A stretch of DNA of 64,000 nt from Psilocybe cubensis. Taxonomy: Eukaryota. The stretch is taken from the NCBI GenBank assembly GCA_017499595.2, contig CM038999.1:3038001-3102000 (forward strand). Reading direction: 5' to 3'. Position numbers and translations under genes: made by a program. This document shows, in pieces, positions 1 to 9,612 of the stretch (the stretch's first letter is position 1; every line of letters starts with the position of its first letter). The notes under the pieces were generated by a model, which did not search any database, was not told the DNA's origin, and saw only the letters and a program-made list of their open reading frames with translations.

Positions 1-1700
1 CTCGTCACTGCGGCTGTTCCAATCATGGAGAATCTCGTTTGCAAGGGTAAAATTTGACCTTCAAACTATGCCATCTGTCATTCTTGGAGGACCTAGCGCA
101 CGGAATCAGCACGAGGAGACAACAGGAGGGCTCGAAACCCGAGAACATTTACTCGCTCATTACCTTAGAAGCTACCTTTTTCAGTCCTCTGCATGTCTTC
201 GGGAATCATGGATTGAAGATCAGGCCCCCGACTTTATGTACTGTTGAATGTTTCCTATGGCTACGACGGCGGTGGGGCGCCACAACAAGTGGGTGTTGCA
301 TGCATCAAAATTTTTTTCTCAGGCTTCGTAGCTTTACAGTTTTAGCCTTGTTAGCTGGCTGTCGGGATTCTTGGAGTTTTCGATATTGGAACAAGGGCAT
401 TGTTCGATGGGGCTTTTTATTATACGACGAGCGTGTTCCCTTCTCCAAAGCTCGTCAGTTCTAATATCATCGCCCACAGTCAGTTTTTCAACTTAGCCAA
501 CCTGAAGTTCCCTCCCTCTCCCCGAGTTCCTACATCACATTGAATATCTCACTATCTTGGCTTTGCAGACTGTTGCGGCGTTGTTGTTGGCTTCGAGAAT
601 TTTGGAAGAATAAAATATCGTTCTCAGAACATGATCATTGAGCTATGGTGATTGTATCCTTGGGAATGAGACGAGAATCTTCAAAGGATACCGTTGAAAC
701 AGATGGTAATCTGCTAGTTGGCTACGGCAATTAAACTGAACTGGTATCTAAGAAAAGACAGCTTCTTTGGACGTAATCAATGCGGTGCCGCCTACCTTCA
801 ATTAATTCATCATGCCAACATGTTGCATCTAGTCATATACGCAATTATGTGAAGGGCCCGAAGAAAACATTTTTATGTTTCAACTTGTTCCAACACGCCT
901 GAGGCTCCTTCGTTCCTTTCTTTCCTACTACACTCACTATAATATTTCCTGGAACTTGATATTCCATAGACGGTCCTTTCCCCCTTCCCTCCAAACACAT
1001 TTTAATAGCGGTACATTCATTTTGGACTCTTGGAGTCTTTCATTAGACTATGCATCGTCCTCGCACCTCTTTTCTCCCATCTATCACACAAGTCCTTGAA
1101 AACGGATGTCATCAGCCGCGGCCATATTGTGAGGGCTCTTCGTCGGTCTTAATTTGGGTGGACCCCGTCCATCTCATGCCCGTCAGCAGACCCACAAGCA
1201 CTAAACGTCCACAGACACCCTTGACACGTTTAATGGTACGTGGACGCTTGTATCTCGTCGATTTATAGTTGTCACTAACTTTATCCAGAAAACTATTGAT
1301 ATACAAGGCGCACAACCTGCCCAAGAGGGTGTGGAGCACTTTTCGTACGTTGTATGCTTCCCGGACGAGGCCGAGGTGTGTACTTACCTTCTTTATGGGT
1401 ATTTACTTAAAATGTATTGTCATCAAACAGGACGACGCCGAATCGAGCGCGGACTTTGTTGCTCGTCGCCCCAATACTTCTCGAGGATTTCGGTTTGCAT
1501 CAGTTGAGAGTAATGGACTATACTCCAATGATTTTATCAAGGTAAGTAATGCAGTGTTTATGATGTTTGCTTACAAGAAGTTTTAATTTATTATTTCATT
1601 GCAGGATAAATTTCTGTTACTCACAAAAGGCGCCCAAAAATTGATACCGACTGCTATGGCAGAAGCTCTCCTTCGAAGGAGATTATCATAGTCCAACCTG
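1..1700 (+). pseudogene. Possible decayed gene remnant, weakly reminiscent of agaricomycete peptidase C14 (metacaspase-like) genes
   Basis: Protein-like fragments lie in shifting frames with stops (G*NLTFKL-CH, LLAGCRDS, VIKCGAAYLQLIHH). One clean intron-like signal, GTAAGT..TTGCAG, is present at ~1542-1604. The family resemblance is my pattern impression only. Confidence 0.2.
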
Positions 1701-2759
1701 GATTTAGATGTTGTGCATTCAGATTACGCTCACCTCTTCAACCCGAACTTCAACTCGAAGTTTGTGTCCTTGGTCCCATCTCGCCTTAACGGTTCTCTTC
1801 TTCGCCCTCCTTGTTGGGTGCTATGTCTTGATTGCAGCGCGCCCAACTCAGACGTCCTCCTATATCTGCCCAATCCTCGACTCATTTAATTCAACATACA
1901 CAATCTTTTTCACTAATTGGTTGTCTATTTCTTGAGCCATCATTTCCCCCTTCCTTTCCTCTCCTCCTACTACTACTACATGGACGCGCCTCCATCCAGC
2001 CGCTGCATTGTGAATGACATTCTGAGAATGTCGTCGAGGCACTACTTCCTTTGGAACATATAACATATCTGTTGTCAGCTTTCACTATCACTTGACTCCT
2101 TCACTCATTACATCGAACTCACTCCTTGCTTTATTACTCAATTCAACTCTATATTTCAGCAACTTTACTCGCCATGTACTATTATTGTTTCCACCTATTT
2201 AAATTGGCTCAGGCCACCCGCTCAATCCTTTTTTTACATGTAATAAGTTATTAAAATATTTACTGTCATAGATATATCTCTCAGTGCCGGGGGTGATGTT
2301 GGATTGACTGCTCATAACTACATGCCGTTGCTTCAAATGATAGGGCTTATAAACTGCTTTCAAAAATGATTTTAGTCTTGCATTGCATCGCCCTAAACAA
2401 TTAGACCCATGATAGATTTATATCATAATTCCCACATATTCCCTTCCATGGGTAAACTACGGTGTCTATTATCCGCCTGGGGATGATGACGGAGGCATTA
2501 TACACCTTAGACGCTCGTATGTATGAATTTCAATTTCTACCAGTGACTCACTGCAGCATTCACAACCAAAAACCTTGAATAACAATTATAACACACGAAA
2601 AGACAGACAATAAGACACCACTAACAAAAAACACACAAAAAAGTTGTCGGACTACATATACATTGGCACACGCTGGAATAGTAACGAAACCATGCAGCAA
2701 AATAATACACCCAAGTCAAAAAACCTCTTTTCGTAGTAAGAGTAGTCTTTAAAAAGTTT

Positions 2760-4544
2760 TCACCCCGAGCCGGACATCTGCGTGGCACCACCACCACCCT
2801 GATTATTCAGATTATGCACAACACAACCAGGGTACGCTGGCGGAGGCACTTCGTCCATAAACGGACCCACGCTGCTCGGTGCACCACCGGCATCGGACTC
2901 TTCGTAGTGCTGATGGTGCGATTGCGATTGTAATTGCGACTGCGACGGCGGCGGCGGAAGTGGAAGTGCTCTATTACTCAACGTGCCAGCGCGGCCGAAT
3001 ACAACGGCTCGAGGGTCAATTTGTTGCATTTGCTGTTGTTGTTGTTGGCGCTGATTATATTGGTGCTGTTGCTCAGCGACGAATTCTGCATGTTTTGAGC
3101 TCGACCCGCCAGTTATTTGTCCACCAACACTAGACCCTGCACCGGCAGCACCATTATACTGGTACATATACGACCCATAGCTTCCATGCGCCTGCGAAGA
3201 GCTCTCACTAGCATGGTGATACACCGACGCGGATGCAGACACAACGCCTCTGCTCGAGTCGTAGTAGTTGAACGGCGATGAGAGCGATGTAAGGCTGATA
3301 TTACTGCTTTCGCCCGTTGGCGAGGTATCCAAAGACGGCTCCGTGTTGCTCTGCGGCGCTAAATTGGAGGTCGATCCGCGCGCGATGCTGAATGGTGTAG
3401 GCATCGTACGCTTTACTCCTCTCCCTGCATGGCATAGCAAAAAAGTATAAGCATCACAAGCATAATGTAAGGGTTAAATTGCACATACATCTCGACCCCA
3501 CCAAGCCCTGAGCTCCTGTACCACCACCACCATGGATAGCAGACTCGTCCAGATACGCCGACATCGCCCTCTGCGACTTTTTCCTCCGATAAAATAGCAG
3601 AACCAAAGCAATAAGCGCAATAGCCAGCAGCGCGCCAAGTACACATCCTACAATCGCAGCCACAGGCGGCGTGGCGCTGCTAGACTTCTGCGCGTCTGGC
3701 GAGGACCCTGTGTCGGAGTCGTTCAGCTTCGCACCAGCAGACGATGATGGTTCAGGACTGGTATTGGAGTTTGTGGGTACTGCCACAGTCCCGGTTTGCA
3801 CTGTAAGGTCCGAGGATGTCAGAGAGACGGAAGAGGACTGCGCTACGATTATATTCCTCGCGAATCAGCTTGGGCAAGCAAAAGACAAAACAGCAGAAGC
3901 GACTCACACGATTGACCGCCTGTACTCGTCACGGACGACGACGACGACACCGCACCACTCGACTCAGACACAACCACAACAGACGTCACCGTCGACTGCA
4001 CCGTCGCCGTCCCACCCACCACCGTCTTCGTCTGCGGCACCGCAGCGCGCGACGACGGTGCGTTCCCCGTCGTCGGGTCATAGTCAATGCGGTCAAGCCG
4101 CAAATACGCGTCGTTGCCCGTATTCGTCATCGTGACGAGGTGCGAGCCATACGGGAGCGGGCCCGAGTCCCAGAACGTCGTCTGCCACTGCACAGGCGGC
4201 GTCGTGGCGTGTGCGATGCGCACCGGCGCGCCGCCGTCCACTACGAAGGACGCCTGGCTCAGCTGCCCGTCGCCCGTCGGGATCGTGCATATAAATGCGA
4301 TGCGCGTGCCTGTGCGGAGGAAGATGATATTACTATTAGTATGCGGTTGGGTTTCGGTGGTGGACTCCTGTGTAGTGTAGGGAGGGAAAAGCGTACCTGT
4401 GAACCGCACGCGCGCGCTGGAGACGATGGTCGATGTTGAGTGCATGGTGCCGTGCCAGTTTCCGTCGCTCGTGACGAGCTCCCAGCCGTCCGAGTATATG
4501 ATCTGCGGGTCGTTGTCGTCGATCGAGCCCTCGTATAGAGACAT
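2760..4544 (-). CDS. Single-pass membrane protein: beta-sandwich-like N-terminal domain (IDDNDPQIIYSDGW..LRLDRIDY), Ser/Thr-rich stalk, one TM helix, low-complexity cytoplasmic tail
   Basis: ORFs 3849-4625, 3454-3801 and 2760-3440 join via short introns. TM segment AAIVGCVLGALLAIALIALVLLFY is followed by RRKK, and the tail contains PPPAY. ATG at 4544. Confidence 0.8.
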
Positions 4545-5359
4545 TGCGCTGGAGCCAAGCCTAAAGAGTTTTTTTGTAGAACAATAAAAGAATGAATAGG
4601 TAGATTCGAAAGGAGTGTGGTTCACAGAGATAGGGATGCTGTATTGGTTCTGCCCGTGTATGCGCCTATGTCAATAGTACAGCATGTCAGCTAGCCATCA
4701 TGCAATTTGAAGGCCCATATGAAGAACGAGGGCACACAGACACACCTTTAGACCAGATACAACAAAGGACGCCGACGACCCCAAGCAAAGAAAGCCGGGA
4801 TACACGACAGGAAAAGAAAGGGCAAAGTACAAACTACTGAAACGCCCCCGTCCCTTAGTCGCGCCCATTGCGTACTTGACCCGCCCATCGTGCGAGCTCC
4901 TAATCCTATTCAGGCCAGGTAACATCGTACCCTAGACAGATATCAGGAACCCTCCAACGGTAAAGCATCAGAAAAGTGCACTTACGGTGTAGCATAGACG
5001 CCGAAGCTGTCATCTGGAGTCTGGACGCGTTCGTTCGTTGCTACACGAGCCCTGCAAGTGTGAGCGGGACCCATTCACGCTGTCGTGCGCTTCCGCGCAG
5101 TTTTGTAAGAGCAAATCATATTGCAGGAGCCAGCCATTGTGCCGTTAGGTTCGATTTGTTTATTCATGTCGGTGGCCTCGCGCGAGTCGCACGATGTCGC
5201 GCTTTGCAAGGCCTTCATCATGTTTGCCGAAGGACAAAAGGGTCCGCTTAGGTTCCGCTGATGTCAACGGTGATCCTTCCCAATTTAGACACGCGGATGC
5301 AAATATTAATAGTAGCTTTAGGGGTGGCTGATTGATGGCATCTACGGCTACATAGGGGC

Positions 5360-5870
5360 TCAGAGGGGACAGTCAACGACTTGTTGAAGGCTGAAAGGCT
5401 TTAACTTGCGACAAATAGAATCTGCGGTACGTGCATGGCCTACGAGAATAGCATATGTAGGTGACTCCCGAATATAACTTTCTGTAGTTTTGAACAGACA
5501 GGGGGAGAAATTCAATTCTACAGTTGCCAAAGGACATTTTGAAAGTTCGGGGTGTCGCGCAGGCATCGCTGGAAGCGCACTGCAGCTTCAGCGCTTACAT
5601 GCATCAACCTGTCTCCTGTCTCTCTGACATGTGCAAACTCCGTGTAAACACTTACCTCCGGATAAGGGAGCCCACTGACCAAACATGGCAATTTCGTCCA
5701 TTTCAAGCAAAGGTGGCGTAAACGGGTCGTTCGTGAGATTGATGTCAGTGTCAATCATTGATCCACAACTCGACCTTGTTAAATTTTTCTGCTTTTTTCC
5801 TCCTTATCACTTTGGAAACCTGAAGTTACACAGTCAGAGTGGCAGTCCGGCTCAAGCACTGTGCTAACTT
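5360..5870 (-). pseudogene. Possible degenerate F-box/LRR-like gene fragment
   Basis: Fragments TRLRHLCLKW, FQRCLRDTPNFQNV and PVCSKLQKV resemble the LRR-like C-termini of agaric F-box proteins. They are interrupted by stops and have no clear start. Confidence 0.25.
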
Positions 5871-6010
5871 TGAATCGATGCCTCGAGTCCATGTGCTTGT
5901 GCTTAAAATAGCCTGAACAGTTAAGGCTTGCCAGGCTCATCGAGCGAGTAAAATTGGTACATAGATGATGTATATATTTACAAGTTGGGTCACGCTGGGG
6001 TTGGTGGGTC

Positions 6011-6046
6011 GCTAGTAGTCGTTAGTAGTCGTTAATGGTCGTTAGT
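6011..6046. repeat. 10-bp tandem repeat (GTTAGTAGTC-like, ~3.5 imperfect copies)
   Basis: gctagtagtc gttagtagtc gttaatggtc gttagt, just downstream of the PalI-like stop codon. Confidence 0.7.
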
Positions 6047-6090
6047 GCTGGTCCGTCCGTGTGTGATGTGGGTATCTTGGTAAAATACAA

Positions 6091-6894
6091 TTACTTGTCG
6101 GAAGTGATGTCGATGAGATGTGCGTGGTGGCGACTATGCCTGCGCCGATGGCGGGGGATATCCTTTGGATGCCTGATGACAACATTTAATAATAAAGACG
6201 CATATATCTACGTCATCACTCACCTTCGGACACCAAGACAATAGCACGCCCTGGCGGAAAGGGCGATAAGTGCCAGCCATGTAAGGATAGTGCCCACCAT
6301 GATCATCCAGAATGCTGGCCCAAAATTAAAGGCAAAGTGTATGCTCCCATCTGCGACGTTCTTCAGCTGTGATCTGGCCACCAGTACGAGGGCAAGATCG
6401 ATGGCGAGTGCGGCGGATGCGAGGAGGGCGGTGACGACACTCAGGATCAGGGCGGTAATCGCCATCGGGTGTGAGGCAAGAAATAGAGAGAAGAAGAGGG
6501 GGAAGAGGGAGACGGCTGCTGTGATGGGGTGAAGGATGAGGATGGCAAAGAGGGCCTGCTGAACGGCGTCGACGATGGGTTGGGAGAGGCCCGGGACGTC
6601 GGTGGCTACGAAGGAGGGGATGGTGTATCCCAGGGTGGGACCGACGCAAAGAGGAGTGACGCCGAGAGCATTGTATGCGCAGAATCCCCAGATGCCGAAG
6701 CGCAATTCTGTGGCGAGACTGAGCGGGGCAGATTCTGGCGGGGGTGCAGTGGAGACGAGAGAAAAAAGATAGATGGGCTTGATGATGGTGAGAGACAGCG
6801 AGACAAATAGAAATAGCAGACAGGCAGAGAACAAAAGAGCGACGGCGAGCAGAGAGACAGGCCTGTAGAGGGCCAGAGGGCGATGGGCGAACAT
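6091..6894 (-). CDS. SUR7/PalI (Rim9-like) family 4-TM membrane protein
   Basis: N-terminal TM is followed by the claudin-like motif LRFGIWGFC..C..PTLGY and three further TMs (ILHPITAAVS.., AIDLALV, FGPAFWM). An intron GTGAGT..CAG at ~6224-6173 adds the short basic tail RHPKDIPRHRRRHSRHHAHLIDITSDK*. Confidence 0.85.
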
Positions 6895-7017
6895 GGTGGA
6901 TCCACACCAGAGAGAAACAGGGGCTGGCGGGCCGGGCTCATTAGAATGTTTGTGTGTGTTTGGCAGGGGAGTATGTTGTGGAGGCGGCGATAGAATCTGT
7001 GTGTGGCCACAGCGACC

Positions 7018-9244
7018 ATGTCTGCGATACTCGTCCTGTGCTCGCTGCTGCACATCGTTGCTGCAGACGACAGCACGTCAGAGTATGTCCACAGATCCTT
7101 TGTCTGACTGCTACTGACTCTCTGCTAGATTCCAGCATGACCCCTACCTCGCCTTCCGTCCACAGTTCGCCCGTTCCCTCCCCGTCCAGATCATGCTCAC
7201 CGGCGTCGTCCTCACCCTCGTCGCCGTCCTTTTCATCCATCTCATGTTCACCGCTCAGTATCACTGGCCTCTCGCCCCCGTAAACTATGTTCTCCAGCTC
7301 TCCGGTGTCACCACTCTGCTCATCTCTCTCATCGCTACCATCCATGTCGTTCTCTCCGCCACCTTTGCCGAGAGCGAAAAGTGGCCTTATATGCTCTCAT
7401 ACATCGCCGTCAATGTTCCACCCCTCGACATCGATACCAACACAGAGGGCTGGTCCGTCGCAGAGAGGGCCACCTGGCTCGTTATGAATGCCTCAACCTC
7501 GGGTCTCATCCAGGTATTGTTTCTTCTAGCTCCATCTTATTTGCATCTGATCACTTTATTTCCCAAGATAACACACATTCAATTTCTCACTCTACTCTAT
7601 CCCTCCAAGCTCGAGGGCCGTCTCATCTTCGCCCTTCTAGGGCCCCTCGCCGTCGTCGCTGCCGTCATGCAGCTCCTTCCCATCAGCGGCAACACCTACG
7701 TCAACAACATTGCTTCCGCCGTCCGCAACGTCTGCAACGCCACCCTCTCCCTCCTCTTCACCCTCTCCCTCTTTATCTGGGGTCTCCTCGTTAACCGCCG
7801 CCAGGCCTGGCGCACAGACGGCGGCACCGCTGTCTTTGGCTGCGCCGCCCTCTCCCTCGCCGTCGTCAGTACCGCCCTCAACTTCCTCTACGTCCACAAG
7901 GAGGAAGAATTCGTCTGGCTCCCTGCCCTCATGTGGGCCGTCGTTCTCTGGCAGAGCTTCCTCGGCTGGTGGTGGTGGGTCGGCGCTGGCTCGGGCGGCG
8001 CCTTTGCGAGCGAAGACGAAAATATGGAGGACAAGCTTCGCAGGCAGGCTAAGCGCGACGCCCGTCGCAGGGAAAAACGTGAGAAGAAGAAGGAAATGGG
8101 CAGACTGCGAAGCACCATGCTCGCACGAAGCGAGTCCCGGAATGGGACAGGCATGCTAGCTGTACCCACGTCCTCTGCGTCCGCGTCGGGCCAGTCCCTC
8201 TCGCGCTCCTCCAACGCGTATCTGCGCCATGGCGTATCCCCATCCTCTATCGCCCCGCGCGAAATATCTCAGACCAACTCGAGCGAGCCGCTCACCGCTT
8301 CCCCTACCTCCCCCCGCACTAACACCAACACCAACACCAACTCGACCTCGCTCAGCGACACAACGACCTCCGCATCGTCTTACGCCTCCTCCTCCCTGCG
8401 CACGCGCCCGAGCGGCCGTCTGCCGCAGTACCTCCCTGGCGTCGTCTGGCGCTGGTACGCGTCGCTGCGCCGTGAGCACAACGCCGCCGCGCGCGTGCAG
8501 GCCGCCGAGCGTGTCGAGCGGATGCGCGAGATCGGCGCGGTGCCGGCTGGGAGTGCGGGTGCTGGGCCGAGCGCTAGTGCGGCGGGTCCAGGATCAGGGG
8601 AGATGGGCATCGAGATGACGGATGTGAGCACCCGAAATGCGGAGGACGATCCGCTTACTGTGGAGAAAGCTGCGGCACGCAATGCTAGTGCCAATAACAA
8701 CAAGAATAACAATGCTAATGCTAGTGGTGCTGCTGGTGCGCGTCGAGGGCAGGTCGAGGTGGTTGGGTGGGGATGGGGATGGGAGGGCTTTGGCTGGCGG
8801 CGCCGGCAGAGGCGCGCCGAGCGCGATACGGATGCCCAGATGGAGCGGGACTTTGAGTTCGAACGACAGGGCCGCAGTCGGGGCCGTACGCGACGGAGAA
8901 GGGGGGCGGAGGAGAATGGGAGCGGGAGCCAATGGTCATCTGCATCGTCTTCCGATCCATCAGACGAGGAGGAGGAGGAGGAGGAGGAGGATGATATGTA
9001 TGTTTCTGATGAGGATAGGCGTGCGAGGCGGCGCGAGCGCGAGCGGGAAAGAGGGAGAGATCGGGTGCGCCGGCGGACGGCTGCTGCACAACAACATCAG
9101 GAACAAGAAGCGCAGGCGCAGGCGCAGGTTGTCCCTAATGCACCTACGGGCGCGGAACCCGTCGCTGCTACCCGTCCGCGCTCTGTGTGGTGGTGGGGTC
9201 CGCTGTGGCGCTGGCGGTTACAGGACTCGACGGTGTACAGATGA
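7018..9244 (+). CDS. 7-TM ambient-pH sensor-like protein of the PalH/Rim21 (basidiomycete Rra1-type) family with a long charged C-terminal tail
   Basis: Exon 1 MSAILVLCSLLHIVAADDSTS is signal-peptide-like. Intron GTATGT..TAG (7083-7128) leads into FQHDPYLAFRPQFARSLPVQIML, and an in-frame intron lies at ~7514-7567. There are seven hydrophobic helices, QITHIQFLTLLYPSKLE parallels the PalH TM3 loop motif, and a highly charged region directly follows TM7. Confidence 0.75.
8964..8994 (+). repeat. (GAG)n microsatellite encoding poly-Glu
   Basis: gacgaggaggaggaggaggaggaggatgat within the 7-TM protein tail. Confidence 0.9.
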
Positions 9245-9454
9245 AAAGTCTCTTTGTTTTGTGCATTTTTTTTGTTTTTTTTTTTTGCAGAGTCGGATTC
9301 CTTGCCTCATCTGGCCTCTTTCGTTTTGTTCTCGCTGGGGATTTAGGCTTGGATTATGGGAAGGTTTTGCGGCGTGTACTATACATGCATGCATGCACTT
9401 GTGGATATTGCCATAGGGTTATTTGGCGGGGCTCGATAATATTAACGGGCGACT

Positions 9455-9612
9455 GACAATCGACGACCGACGACCATCGAAGACGCCCGGAAAGCTTGCT
9501 TTATTTAAAACATATTCCGCTTTTCTTCCCATCATGGTTTTTTGCCCGGACCCGACAAAAAAAAAGTCAACTCGGGCAGACGACCATCGACTATCGACTG
9601 TCGACTATCGAA
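9455..9612. repeat. Two patches of short TCGAC/CGAC-based imperfect repeats
   Basis: tcgacgaccgacgaccatcga (~9460-9480) and gacgaccatcgactatcgactgtcgactatcga (~9578-9611). Confidence 0.6.

Noticed and set aside
6220-7053. Long ORF suggesting the PalI-like CDS overlaps the 7-TM gene
   Set aside because: The listed start is a non-ATG codon. The first in-frame ATG (6894) directly precedes TM1, so no coding overlap is needed.
7287-9456. Many alternative-frame and antisense ORFs over the 7-TM gene (also over 3671-4587)
   Set aside because: Expected shadows of GC-rich coding sequence, with low-complexity Arg/Pro/Ser translations.
9455-9612. CRISPR-like appearance of short repeats
   Set aside because: The units are too short and irregular, there are no spacers, and the context is eukaryotic.
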